From: the human T2T-CHM13v2.0 reference genome, Homo sapiens
Reading direction: 5' to 3' (one strand)
Assembly: GCF_009914755.1 (NCBI RefSeq)
Contig: NC_060930.1
DNA: 64,000 nucleotides
In this document: positions 19,211-36,879 of the stretch, in pieces
Layout: the number at the start of each line of letters is the position of its first letter
Position numbering within the stretch: position 1 is the stretch's first letter
Notes under the pieces: model-generated
Seen by the model: only the letters and a program-made list of their open reading frames with translations
What the model was told of the DNA's origin: nothing
Databases searched by the model: none
Made by a program: the position numbers and the translations under genes

Positions 19211-19779
19211 ACATAATATGTGGTATCTCCTTTGTTAGTCTTTATAGGAGTCCATAAGGAATTTCTCTTAGGTCTCTGTATTAAGAAATGTTATGTTTCT
19301 CCTGGTGTGAATCTCATAACTGATTGTGTTTCCTTTTGTTGAGACTTTTGGAAAAAGAGCCAGATGGTTGGAAACAGCCTGCCTGTAGTAGCTGTGTGAA
19401 AATTTATGTGATCTCTATCTATATATAGATGTTACCTTGACTATGGTTTATTTTCCTATCTTTATTTTCATTTACCTGCTTTTTACATCTTTTTTAATAT
19501 ACCACTCTATTAGGTGCATTCTTTAAAAAAATTATTTTATTTTATTTTTAGAGACATGGTTTTTATTACTGTGTTGCCCAGGCTGGTCTTCAGCTCCTGA
19601 ACTCAAGCAGAGTCATCCTGTCTCAGCCTCCCAAGTAGCTGGGATGTAGATGTATTCTTAAGTTGCTGTAAATCCTATTTGGAATTAGATTTAATTAAAT
19701 AAGAAATATTAACTGAACAACAACCTAAGTGAAGATTTTTGTAATCTGAAATTTCACTCACAAATGCTGCTCCCATCTG

Positions 19780-20135
19780 TTTGAATTCAGATCAGTAATT
19801 ATTAATAACTAGATGTTAATGCTGACTATTTGGTCTATCTCATTTAATTCCCAAAACAGCCTCATAAGATAGATAATGCTGTTACCAATATTTTATAAAT
19901 AATTGAGTTTTAGGCTGAGGTGGAGGATCACTTTGAGCCCAGGAGTTTGAGGTTACAGTGAGGTGTGAGCCTGGATGAGAGAGACCCTCTTAAAGAAAAG
20001 AAAAAAGAGAGAAACTTGAGTTTTAGAAAGATAAAAAAAACTTGCCCAAAGTGTCCCACATAGGAAATTATGGGACTGGGATTTAAACCTATGTAGTATA
20101 GACTCCAGTAGTGATGCTCTTAACACAGTACCTTA
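19780..20135. mobile_element. MIR fragment interrupted by an Alu fragment (~19912-20030)
   Basis: tatctcatttaattccc...aacttgcccaaagtgtcc...ctgggatttaaacctatgtagtatagactccag. Confidence 0.6.
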
Positions 20136-20194
20136 TACTGGTTTTAAAAAGCATTTTTAGCAGAATTATTGCATGGTTTGGGGTTTTGTTTGGG

Positions 20195-21540
20195 GGTTTT
20201 TTTTGTTGTTGTTGTTATGCTTTTGTTTTTGTTTTGTTTTGTTTTGTTGAGATGAGGTCTTGCTCTGTTTCCCAGGCTGAAGTAGAGTGGTGCAATCATG
20301 GCTCACTGCAGCCTTGACCACATGGACTCAAGCGATTTCTCCCCCTTCAGCCTCCCCAGTAGCTGCGACCACAGGCACATACCCTGCTAGGCTGATCTCA
20401 AACTCCTGGGGTCAAGCAATTCTGCCTCTGCCTCTGAAAGTGCTGGGATTACAAGTGTGAGCCACCACGCCTAGCTAGAATTGTTTTTTTAAATGAAAAT
20501 CTAATTTTAAAAAATAATAGAGCACATTAAAGTGGTATTAATAATAGATTTATTTTTTGTAAATTGAAACGTGTGTTATTGTTAGAAAGTCAGTTTATGA
20601 GATAATTGAGGTTGTTTTGATGACTGCAGCCTCTAGTTTATTTCTATATTTTTAGTTGGGCAGTATGGAGAAAATCCTCATTCATACCTACATTGCATAT
20701 GATAACAGTTAAAATCTTTATTGTAATACATGCTTGCATTTTACAAATTCAAATATTACAGGAGTATACTGCATAAAAGATAAAGTTCTCCATAATTCCT
20801 ACTGCCCTCTAAAATAACCACTAACAACCTTTTTAACAACATGCCTTGCATTCTTCTAGCTTGAAAGAATAGTAAATCAAAGCAGACTCACCAACAGATG
20901 AACATTCTGTAGCATAAATATAATCAAAGAGCTAAAATTATTAGTAATAATAGATAATACAATAGGATGTCATTTATTGTTCCAACTGATTTATGCTATG
21001 AAAAGGGCAATCTGAGCAGGAATGTCTTAGTCTTTCCTGACATTTAATTTACCATCATAACATTCGTAGACTTGTACAGCTGTAGCATCTCTTCAATGCA
21101 GAAATAATTCTTTATGATGAGTGACACATTTCTTAGAAGTTAAAATTTGTGTACGGAGATGGCAGAAGAATCTGTCTAGGCCTGCCTCAAACTGGGTTAC
21201 TGTAGCAAAAAAAAAAAAAAAAAAAAAAAAATTATCAGTTGGTGTTCCAATATGGAATGTAACACATTTTAGAGTGTATTTTTTCTGTTGCCCAGGCTTG
21301 GAGAAGTGTAGTGGCAAGATCATGGCTCACTTTAGCCTCCACCTGTCAGGCTCAAGCAGTCCTCCCACCTCAGCTTCCCAAGCATGCACCACTACTCTCT
21401 GCTAATTTTTAAATTTTTCTTGTAGAGATGAGGTCTCACTGTATTGCCCAGGCTGGTCTCAAACTCCTGGGCTCAAGCAGTCCTCCCACCTCGGCCTTGC
21501 AAAGTGCTGGGATTATAGGCATGAGCCACCATGTTCGGCC
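20195..21540 (-). mobile_element. Two internally deleted antisense Alus (~20195-20475 and ~21279-21540); unique sequence between
   Basis: Alu consensus segments on the minus strand. Confidence 0.8.
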
Positions 21541-21991
21541 TAGAATATATTTTGGAACTGACATTTTAATTCAAATAGGACATCTCTACCATGCCCTGGG
21601 ATTTTTGTAAAATAGAGTTTGGAAACTGTTGGTTAGGATTCTCAAGAATTGGTGGTTGTCTCTGTTCCAGGACCATTAAAGTTTTATAAACCCTGTTTAT
21701 CAAACTCTTCAATCCTTAAATGTTTTTGTCTTATGGGCTATAACTGTAAGAAATGGAATGACTGTTTGGTGAGATAATAGTACCAGGAAAGCTGAATTTT
21801 GATTCCACTTTCTATTTTGGTGTAGTATGAGGTTCATATTATTATTAATACCTACTCTTGTTTGAATCCCCAGGAGGGACCAGCTCTGATTCTTTCTGTA
21901 TACAAGTGATTTCACCATGTCAGTTATTTCTGAAGCCTCCATAACAAATAGTAATAAACCTTGCTAGCAGAAACAATAAATAAAAAACTTC

Positions 21992-22290
<299 letters not shown>

Positions 22291-22447
22291 TCAATGGGAC
22301 ATATAAAGCAGCCTGTATGAGAAGAGTTATAGGTAAAAGGTGCTATAAACATTTGAAAAATCTGCTTCTTACTGAGAAAAGGAAATTTACCTTCTTCAAG
22401 CTCTAGACCCATCTGTTTTAGGCATCTTTGTCCTTTTTTCTCCATTC

Positions 22448-22923
22448 TTTTTTTTTTCTTTTTTATTTTTAGTAGAGATGAGGTTTCACCACATTGGCCA
22501 GGCTGGTCTTGAACTCCTGACCTCAGATGATCCATCCACCTCGGCCTCCCAAAGTGTTGGGATTACAGGCGTGAGCCACCGTGCCCGGCCAAGCCACCAT
22601 GCCTGGCCCTTTTTTTTTTTTCTTCTTTTCTTTTCTTTTTGAGACAGAGTCTCGCTCTGTCACTCAGGCTGGAGTGCAGTGGTGCACAATCTCCACTCAC
22701 TGCAAGCTCCGCCTCCTGGGTTCATGCCATTCTCCTGCCTCAGCCTCCCAAGTAGCAGGGACTACAGGCGCCCTCCACCACGCCCGGCTAATTTTTTGTA
22801 TTTTTAGTAGAGACGGGGTTTCACTGTGTCAGCCAGGATTGTTTCAATCTCCTGACCTCGCGATCCGCCTGCATCAGCCTCACAAAGTGCTGGGATTACA
22901 GGCATGAGCCACTGCACCCGGCC
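22448..22923 (-). mobile_element. Antisense Alu left monomer (22448-22590) plus AluY-like element (22610-22923)
   Basis: tgcaagctccgcctcctgggttcatgccattctcc Y diagnostic; ccattctttt repeat at both outer flanks. Confidence 0.88.
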
Positions 22924-23028
22924 GCCCATTCTTTTATTCCACCTTCTCCATTTGTTTTATATCAGTTCCATTAGGCTCATCTTTGGTGTGGGTATGCAAA
23001 AATGTTCTGTCTCCATATATATGTGTTT

Positions 23029-23203
23029 TTGTGTGTGTGTGTGTGTGTATATATACATTTACATTAATATATACAAATATATTTTATAAAATATATACTT
23101 TATAAAATGTAATTATATATTATAAGAATATTAAATACATATTTTATATTTTGCACTATGTTTTATTTTTATGCTGTGTGTGCGTGTGTGTGTGTGTGTG
23201 TGT
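23029..23203. repeat. (TG)n microsatellites flanking AT-rich low-complexity sequence
   Basis: tgtgtg runs at ~23030-23048 and ~23176-23203. Confidence 0.85.
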
Positions 23204-24009
23204 ATTTATTTTCAGGGATCTGCTGATTCCCATCCCATGATGTTGGAACATACTGCTATTTTAATTTGAGAAATGAAAATAATGCTACTTAGCCATTAAA
23301 CTAAAGAGTTTAGATTTAAGATAAAGCATTAAGATGAAAGATAGTGCAAAACATTTTGCTAGCCTTGACTGAAAATTACCTTGATTAAACATAGCATAAA
23401 GTAATACTTTTTTACATTACCCTAGAAATTCAGTGACTCTCACTCTTACGTCTAGTGTATGAAGTTCCCTATTAACATGCATGCACGTCTCACCCTGCTG
23501 AGAGAAAGTAGACAAGAGAGTGCTTCTTACAACATCAGTGGGCAGTTTTCTGAAAGTCATGAGTTCTTACCTTTAAAACTGTCAAAATCAAGCTCTCTTT
23601 TATACCTATAAAACTCAATATTGCTTGCCCTTCCTAGGTAATAGTCCTTTGTGTATTCTAGAAATTGGGGGTTAGTAAGATACAAAGCTATAAAATTGGT
23701 TTGATGTTAAGTTTTTGAGATCGTGGAATACCATTCTAAAATGTTTAGATTTGTTCATTAGGCATTTGAGTGCCATTGAATATTTTGATTGAATTGATTC
23801 AATAACTGGGATTGTTCTGAACTAAAAATTTTAAGAAGCTTTATTTGGTAGGGTGGTAATGTATAGGATCAAATTCATTGAAGAGAAGCTGAAGCTGGAA
23901 GACCAGTCAACTTTTTACTATACTATTTTGAGGGATGGAAGCAGAATGAAAATTAATGTACATGATTGCCCTTTTTTTCTTTTTCTTTTTTTTCTGTTGT
24001 TTCTTTCAG

Positions 24010-24140
24010 GATCCTCTTGTTCATTTATCTGAAGATGTGATAGCAAGAACTTATAACATTTTTGCTATTACGTTTCGGTATGCAGTAGAAATATTAACCT
24101 GGGAAAAAGAAAGTGAATTGCCAGCAGATTTAGAGATGGT
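24010..24140 (+). CDS. UBR2: UBR2 exon 5 (131 nt): DPLVHLSEDVIARTYNIFAITFRYAVEILTWEKESELPADLEM(V)
   Basis: long pyrimidine tract, ttcag|GAT...ATGGT|gtaagt; in frame with exon 4. Confidence 0.96.
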
Positions 24141-25166
24141 GTAAGTATAACCTGTTTATTCTTCATGTATGAAGAACTGCTAAATTTTAACTTTAACACA
24201 GCTAGTATAGGGCATAATCATTTTTTAATAATGAGTTTTTAGCAGAACAATAACCTCAATTTTATAGTTTTAAAACGTGATCCATTTAATTGGTGGAGAT
24301 TTCTTCCTGTTTGGTTGGCTGGTTGGTTGATTAGTTGGTTTGTAGCCATATTTAAACTTTGTCATAGCTCTAGGACTGGTTTCAGGCATAACCAGTTTTC
24401 TCTTCTTTGATTGTATGATAAAATGATAGATTAACTTTACAACTTCACTTTTTGTTTTGTTTATTATATGTTAATATCATTATAGGAAATGAACTCTTTG
24501 ATATAAATGAGGTTTCTGGTTTGAATACATGCTCAAATTCAATTTTAATCATTTTGATTCGAACTTTTAATAAAATGTATTCCACACTGTGCTTTTCTAG
24601 TGTACATCTACCATTTTTACTTAAATTATTGAAATTACAAACTTGTGGCCAGAGAGCTGGATTCTGCCACAGATATATTAAGATGAGGGCTTTATTTTCC
24701 TTGTTAGTGTGCTTGTCTCAAACAACCTTCTTTCTTACTTAGAAGTAAGACCAAGCTTGTTGGAATTAGTCATAGTTTAGAATGAATACAAGCTGGAATG
24801 AGGATCTGAGGGACATTGGTGCTGTTTCTTTTTTGCTTTCTCAATTGTGTTTCAGATAAAGTTGTAGGTTTTCTAATAAAATGAGGTGACTATACCTTTT
24901 TGGAAATGATGAAAATGACTTAGTACCTCATGATTTTTACTATAGTATTGTTGTCATATAGTATACTGTACTATACTATAACATCCTAGTCCAAATTAAT
25001 TTCATTTTGGGACAGCATGGCCCCCTAACTGGACTGCCGTGTACACTCTTGCCCCGTACAATTCATTCTCTACACTGCATCAAAGTGAACTTTAAGGCAA
25101 ATTCTGATTATATCTCCTATCAAATTTTTTATTGTCCTTAGGATGGCAAAAATCAAAATATAAGCT

Positions 25167-25474
25167 GGCTTGGCACAATGGCTCATGCCTGTGATCCTAG
25201 CACTTTGGGAGGCCAAGGCAGGTAGATCACTTGAGCCCAGGAGTTGGAGACCAGCCTGGGCAGCATAGTAAGACCCCGCCTCTACAAAAAATTAAAAAAT
25301 TAGCTGGGCAGGGTAGTGCATGCCTGTAGTCCTAGCTATTCATGAGGCTGAGGCAGGAGGATCAATTGAACCTGGGTGGTTGAGGCTGCAGTGAGCCAAG
25401 ATTGTGCCACTGCACTCCAGCCTGGGCGACAGAGTGAGACCCTATCTCAAAAAAAAAACAAAAAACAAAAAAAA
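25167..25474 (+). mobile_element. Alu (J-like) inserted in an L2 remnant (~24985-26080)
   Basis: Alu dimer; flanking L2 motifs (ccagtacctagcacattgcataggacaaagtagtctcttaataa). Confidence 0.85.
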
Positions 25475-25613
25475 CCATTATAAACTGTGCAAGATTTCTG
25501 TCTCTCTCCAGACCAGACTAGTGTCATACTAATCTCCCCCTTCTTCCTTGTGCTCCATCTCCCAGTATTTACCTTTGCCACCTTAGCACCTTTGCTTTCA
25601 CCTGCCTCTAGCC

Positions 25614-25839
25614 CATGGTTTCTCAACCTTGGCAGTGTTGGAATTAGGGGCCAGATTAATTTTTTGTTATGGGGGCTGTCTGGTGAATTGCAAGATATTT
25701 AGCAGCATCCCTGGCTTCTACCCACTAGATGCCAGCAGCACCCAAAGCCCCAGTCTTGACAACCAGAAATGTCTCCAGATGTTGCCAAATGGTCAACTAT
25801 GAGAGGTGGAGGGGAATTGCCCCCAGTTGAGAGCTACTG
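25614..25839. mobile_element. MER20 hAT-Charlie DNA transposon
   Basis: catggtttctcaaccttggca...tttagcagcatccctggcttctacccactagatgccagcagcacc...ccccagttgagagctactg. Confidence 0.88.
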
Positions 25840-26142
25840 ATAGCCAATTCTGACTTCAGGTCTCAGATTACTTCTCCAAGAGTTCTCTGAGCTCCCAGGC
25901 CTGTTATACCCTGCTCTACCTTCTTTTCTTGATAAAAACCTGTTTACACAGAGTCATATATGCAATATGTATTTTCCCCACCAGACTGTAGTATCACAGA
26001 GCATAGGACCACAGATGAATTCTTTACAGATATGTGTCCAGTACCTAGCACATTGCATAGGACAAAGTAGTCTCTTAATAAGTCAGCCTGGAGCAAGATA
26101 ATAAACAAATAGATAATATATCATGAATATTTTATCACACAG

Positions 26143-26281
26143 AGAGAAGAGTGACACCTACTATTGCATGCTGTTTAATGATGAGGTTCACACCTATGAA
26201 CAAGTTATTTATACTCTTCAGAAAGCTGTTAACTGTACACAAAAAGAAGCTATTGGTTTTGCAACTACAGTAGATCGAGAT
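26143..26281 (+). CDS. UBR2: UBR2 exon 6 (139 nt), ClpS-like N-domain: EKSDTYYCMLFNDEVHTYEQVIYTLQKAVNCTQKEAIGFATTVDRD
   Basis: cacag|AGAG...GAT|gtaagt; ClpS-type LFNDEVHTY motif (type-2 N-degron pocket). Confidence 0.96.
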
Positions 26282-26400
26282 GTAAGTAATTTTACCATGT
26301 TGATAATAAATTGAATTTTTACTATAGGTAAGTTACTATAGGTAACTGGAGAATTGAGTTAAAGATATATATATCTAGGCTTTTCTTAAAATTTCATTTG

Positions 26401-26717
<317 letters not shown>

Positions 26718-27010
26718 CTATAAGCTATTGCCAATAGAAAGTTTAAGAGAACATATAGTTATTAAAATGGAAATTATAGATGCCTAAAATAATAAATGTT
26801 TTGTTCAAGGAAATATTTATTAATGGCTTGGAAAAGTTAGCATAGCTTTGAAGGAAAATTTTAACTAACTTATCAATGAGTAGGATGAGCATTGTAAATA
26901 TTGAAAATTGATCAGAATTGTTATATGCTTAAACATGTTTGTTTACTGGTTTAAAAGTTATTAATATTGAATACAATACTTTTACAGCTTAATTTTAAAT
27001 ATCTTTACAG

Positions 27011-27073
27011 GGGCGTAGGTCTGTTCGATATGGAGATTTTCAGTATTGTGAGCAAGCAAAATCAGTAATTGTG
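27011..27073 (+). CDS. UBR2: UBR2 exon 7 (63 nt): GRRSVRYGDFQYCEQAKSVIV
   Basis: ttacag|GGG...GTG|gtaagt; frame continuity. Confidence 0.95.
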
Positions 27074-27598
27074 GTAAGTAATTTAAAAACATGCTTATAT
27101 TATTTTTTATTAGTTTAAAACTAGCTTCATATTTCAGCATTTATGAACATGTCTTTCTGCTTTCTCAAATGAAAACCAAAAATTATGTTTAAAGATAATG
27201 TTTCTTAAATATTGCATTATTGTTTTATCTAGTTTTTTAAAGCTGTGTAGGATTGATATAGAAAATGAGTATTTAGATAAGATATATTCCCATTTCTCCA
27301 TCAAAGCAGTCTTAGAATGTTTTTCGCTTTCTGTTTTGTTTTTAATTAGTAGAATTTTGTGTTACTTCTTAGAAATTTAAATGGCCTTAAGCACCATGAT
27401 TATAATGCAAGCAAAGTTGTTTCTTGGTACCTTATGGCAAAATATATTCCATATCCTCATAGCAAGTAGTGTATCATCTTTCTAAAAGCACAAACTATTC
27501 TCCACATTTGGATTTATTTTTAGAAATTAGAATTTATTTTTCACCATTCCATGTAACTGAATTTTATGTAAATATTCTTTTTAAAAAATAATTTTATC

Positions 27599-31536
<3,938 letters not shown>

Positions 31537-31570
31537 TGATTTAAAAAAAAAAAAAAAAGTTGATAACATG

Positions 31571-31873
<303 letters not shown>

Positions 31874-32012
31874 TCACATCTATGCAATAAATTATTTAAA
31901 TAAGTACATAATTATATTGAGAAATTAAAGACATAAAGCAAGCTAAAACATTTAAATCATTTATTATTGGTACAGCAGATTTTCAAATATAGGACTAAAG
32001 ATTCAGATTACT

Positions 32013-32318
<306 letters not shown>

Positions 32319-32559
32319 AGATTCAGATTACTCATAAACTAGCTGAACCTTCGTATTTTTTTGTATGAATCCTAAGATTTCCTCTAGAAAATTAGGATCT
32401 GAATCAAGTAAGGCAAGGAGAATGGTGTTTTTCTTACATCCATGAAAAAGTCTCCTATGATGATGATAGTGTGGTTATATTAAGTAAAAATAATAACTTT
32501 GTTCTGCCAATAGAATAGCTTTTTAAGTTAATTTTTAAATCTTGCCATTTCTTTTTAAG

Positions 32560-32680
32560 AGAAATACCAGTAGACAGACAAAGCCACTCAAAGTTCAAGT
32601 TATGCATTCGTCTATTGTCGCACATCAGAATTTTGGTTTGAAACTTTTGTCTTGGCTGGGAAGTATTATTGGATATTCAG
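32560..32680 (+). CDS. UBR2: UBR2 exon 8 (121 nt): RNTSRQTKPLKVQVMHSSIVAHQNFGLKLLSWLGSIIGYS(D)
   Basis: tttaag|AGA...TCAG|gtaggt; frame continuity. Confidence 0.95.
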
Positions 32681-33207
32681 GTAGGTTCATAAAAGTTCAT
32701 GCCAATTGTCTATTAAAAATGAGCTCAATATGCTGTTGCAAAACTGTTTTGGGAAAACTATCAACTGGAATAATTTCCTGCTTTAATTTTACATTTTAAA
32801 ATACCATTTCAAAATATCTTTATGCATAGAAGAAAACCTATGTTTAACAAATTTGGTCATACTGGATATTTTTTATATGCACACAAAGGATTCTCTATTC
32901 AAATAAATTCAGGAAACATTGGTTTAAACAATTGTAAAGGACATTAATATGCTAATGCAATGCAATGTACATTTCACAAACAATTTTTTTTTAAACTTTT
33001 TTTAGTGGAGCATTTTGCAGAACTCTTCTACTGAGTAAGCTGGAAAAATGCTGCTGTAAATAAAAACCTAAGTGATTAGCTGTTTAAACGATAAAACACT
33101 AATGTTGATTTATGTGATTTGACTCCAACAACTTTGGTTACCAATAATTTGCAACACTGAAAATTTGTAAATTGGAAGTTACCAATTTGCGTTTTTAAAA
33201 AATTTTT

Positions 33208-34594
33208 GGCCAGGTGCCATGGCTCATGCCTGTAATCCTAGCACTTTGGGAGGCCAAGGTGGGTGGATAACCTGAGGTCAGGAGTTCAAGACCAGCCTGA
33301 CCAACATGGCAAAACCTCATCTCTACTAAAAATACAAAAATTAGCCAGGCGTGGTGGCATGTTCCTGTAATCCCAGCTACTCAGGAGGCTGAGGCAGGAG
33401 AATCACTTGAACCCAGGAAGCAGAGGTTGCAGTGAGCCAACATCACGCCACTTTGCTCCAGCCTGGGCAAAAGAGTGAAACTCTGTTTCAAAAAAAAAAA
33501 AATTCCAGAGTCTAGAAATTCGGTCATTTTTCTCTTTATGTAATGGTAAGAATTAAGAATCCTCACATCTGCAACCAAAAATACAAGCCTGGTGTGTAAC
33601 ACTAAAGGGTAAAACAGGGATAGATATAAGCTGTTATGCTATTCTTCAGGCAACACTGTGGATAAGTGACATTCAGATGTTTACTGTAAAGAAAAATTTG
33701 AATACATTTGTATTGAAGGGCTTTTAGAAAAGAGCATTACTACACAGAACTGAGAGTTGAAAATATGAAGGTGTGGAAGATTAAGAGAACGCGTTTACTT
33801 TAAAAGATAATTTAAAAGTTATCTTTCCAGGCTGACACGGTGGCCCACTCCTCTAGTCATAACACTCTGGGAGGCTGTGGTGGGACGATCCCTCGAGCCC
33901 AGGAGTTCATAGACCAGCCTGGGTAATATAGGGAGACCCCATCTCTATCTAAAATTTTTTTTAAAAGAAAATAAATATCTTTACAGTTATTTTTCTTAGT
34001 CCTATGTTCTTTATTTTGGTGTTTTCCATTGGATACCTGCATGCCAAGTGTTGTGCTACAGTATTACTGAAGAGTATAATGGAAGTAATGTCCTGCTGAA
34101 AATTTTCTTTGAGATATTAATCATTAATAATTTATATATTGCTATTTAATACTTACATAGGTCTTTAGCCTTTTAAAGGATTTCTGTTTGACAGCTTTTA
34201 TAATTGAAAGTTATTCCATTTTTTTTTTAATTTTGCATGCTTGAAAAAGATGAAAACAGTGATTTAAATTATGAAGTATGGGGCCAGGTGCAGTGGCTCA
34301 TGCTGGTAATCCCAGCACTTTGAGAGGCTAAGGCAAGTGGGTCACTTGAGCCCAAGAGTTCAAGACCAGCCTGGCCAACATGGTGTGAAACCCCGTCTGT
34401 ACTAAAAATACAAAAATTAGCCAGGCGTGGTGGTGCATGCCTGTAATCCCAGGTACTTGGGAGGCTGAGGCACAGGAATTGCGTGAACCCAGGAGGCAGA
34501 GGTTGCAGTGAGCCAAGATCACATCACCGCACTGCAGCCTGGGTGACAGAGTAAGACTCTGTCTCCAAAAAAAAAAAAAAAAAAAAAAAAAAAA
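33208..34594 (+). mobile_element. Sense Alus in intron 8 (33208-33502, monomer ~33826-33950, 34283-34594); unique sequence between
   Basis: Alu consensus, A tails. Confidence 0.88.
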
Positions 34595-34595
34595 C

Positions 34596-34632
<37 letters not shown>

Positions 34633-34898
34633 GCGCGCACATATATATACACACACACGTACATATATATGTATGCATGTACATATATGTGCGTATATGG
34701 GTATGTATATATGTGTATATGTGTATGTGTGTATGTATGTGTGTATATATGTGTGTATGTGTGTATATATGTATGTACGTACATACATACGTATGTATGT
34801 ACGTACGTACATACATACGTATGTATGTACGTACGTACATACATACGTATGTATGTACGTACGTACATATATACGTATGTACGTACATATATATGTAT
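34596..34898. repeat. Compound alternating purine-pyrimidine repeat (TA/CA/TG/TACG) containing three copies of a palindromic 28-mer
   Basis: acgtacatacatacgtatgtatgtacgt at 34777, 34805 and 34833. Confidence 0.95.
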
Positions 34899-35513
34899 GG
34901 AACAAATAAGTGTTAAAGCTTTGGTTATTTTAATGCTTATATTAATATTTGAAGAACGTTTCTGAAGTTTACATTTAAAAGGTTGTAGTAATATGTTTTC
35001 CAGGGTCTCACATGCCAAGTCCACAATAAGTTTTTGTTTAATGAATGAAGAATTTTTTCTGTAGCATTAATAAAATGCATTGCTATATATTATAATGCAG
35101 AAGTCATGCATTCCTCCTTTTAAATGGTAGCACATTTTATATTTCAATTATGGAATGTATAACACTTTCACTGTAATCTGGTTTAATTAGCATAAGTGCT
35201 TGAAGAACAATATTAAGTGGTTTTTTGGATGTTTTTCTCTTTAATTAAATTCATTAAAGCACAAGAGGTTATTGCCTTTATGATAGGCATATATTTTGAC
35301 TTTCAGGAGTAATGGTGTGTGATGTGAGATTTGAAATTTATTTCCTTTTTGTTAAAATATTAATAAAACAGTTAATATGTTTGCCTTTTCTGAATAAATT
35401 TGAACTTTAAGAAAACATTTAAAACTCTACAGATCCATTTGAACATCTACTAAAATGTCACTATTTTAATATTTGAAGTTGCTATCTCATTCTACCTTTC
35501 CTTCTATTTAAAG

Positions 35514-35621
35514 ATGGCCTTCGCCGGATTTTATGTCAAGTTGGTTTACAAGAAGGGCCAGATGGTGAAAACTCTTCTCTAGTGGACAGACTGATGCTTA
35601 GTGATTCCAAATTATGGAAAG
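35514..35621 (+). CDS. UBR2: UBR2 exon 9 (108 nt): GLRRILCQVGLQEGPDGENSSLVDRLMLSDSKLWK(G)
   Basis: ttaaag|ATGG...AAAG|gtgaat; frame continuity. Confidence 0.95.
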
Positions 35622-35704
35622 GTGAATCTCTTAACTACTTTTAAGGTGTAGAGGAACCTATATAAGTAATTGGGATGTGAAAGGTTTTTATCATTTGGGA
35701 AGAT

Positions 35705-35921
35705 ATTTAATACATATATTTGTGCTTCTTAAAATTAGCATTGCAGTCTTAGTCTTTGAAAAATATAGATTTGGTGGGGTGGGGTCCATGATCCAACTTA
35801 AATGGACTTTATATTTTGTTACAGAATTATGTTTAGAAAACTTGGTTTTATAAACAAATTGCAAATATTTTGTGCTAAGGAAAATATGTATTTTGCTCCT
35901 TTTTTGAAGGGACAGGATCTC
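35705..35921 (+). repeat. Copy 1 of a ~220-bp intronic direct duplication (intron 9)
   Basis: Aligns colinearly with 36880-37103 (shared ttaaaattagcattgcagtcttagtcttt, ttgcaaatattt, tgctaaggaaaa.atgtattttgct). Confidence 0.9.
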
Positions 35922-36364
35922 ACTCTGTTGCCCAGGCAACAGGAGTGCAGTGGCATGATCATTGATCACTGCAGCCTCCAACTCTTGGACTCAAGCAATC
36001 CTCCCTTCTCAGCCTCCCTAGTAGCTGGGACTACATGTACATACCACCATGTATGGCTTTCTTTGTTTTTGAGACTTAAAATACAAGCCAGTCTCAGTGG
36101 TGTGTGCCTGTAGTCTCAGCTACACAGGAGGCTGAGGCAAGAGGATCACTTGAGCTAGGAGTTTGAGTTCAGCCTGGGCAACAAAGCAAGACCCTAAAAA
36201 AAAAAAAAAATGCTGTGTTGGCTGGGCATGGTGGTTCACATTTGTAATGCCAGCACTGTGGGAGGCCAAGGCAGGAGGATCGCGTGAGCCCAGGAGTTAA
36301 GACCAGCCTGGGCAACACAGCAAGACACTGTCTCAAAAGTAAAAACAAAACAAAACAAAAAAAA
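35897..36364. mobile_element. Alu monomer cluster: antisense ~35897-36060, sense ~36087-36210 and ~36219-36364
   Basis: FLAM/FRAM-like consensus segments. Confidence 0.8.
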
Positions 36365-36444
36365 CCCACTGTGGATCACATAACACTTGAGAAATGTAAT
36401 TGTTGGGCGTGTCCTTATCTTATACCGTGATCTTTTTCTACAAG

Positions 36445-36533
36445 GTGCTAGGAGTGTATATCATCAGTTGTTCATGAGCAGTCTGCTTATGGATTTGAAA
36501 TACAAGAAACTATTTGCTGTTCGATTTGCAAAA
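36445..36533 (+). CDS. UBR2: UBR2 exon 10 (89 nt): ARSVYHQLFMSSLLMDLKYKKLFAVRFAK
   Basis: tacaag|GTGCT...AAA|gtaagt; frame continuity. Confidence 0.95.
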
Positions 36534-36879
36534 GTAAGTGGCTTTTCAATTTTGAAAATAGGTTATATATAGAGTAACTATGCCCATAATTATATCTAGG
36601 CTTCAAAAAATTAACATCTAATAGTAATATGTCAATGTGTTGATATTAAATTCTAAGAAACTTCATAAATAATCTTTTCATTCTTTATCAATAGAATAAA
36701 ATTTTAGCCGTGAGACTCCTTGTTCATCACCTCCTATAACATGAGTATCTATTATACAATGTTTATGAAATAATAAATGAAGAGTTTAAACCTATGCCAT
36801 TGTGAATTATGGTATTTTTTTCTATTAAAATTCATATAAGGAAACTAATCTCAGTTTAAATGACATATATATGAATATG

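Noticed and set aside
34777-34860. CRISPR-like 28-bp palindromic repeats
   Set aside because: No spacers, low complexity and eukaryotic context; it is a minisatellite
34519-35024. Six overlapping long ORFs rich in Y/V/C/T/H/I
   Set aside because: Artefact of the alternating purine-pyrimidine repeat, which cannot contain stop codons
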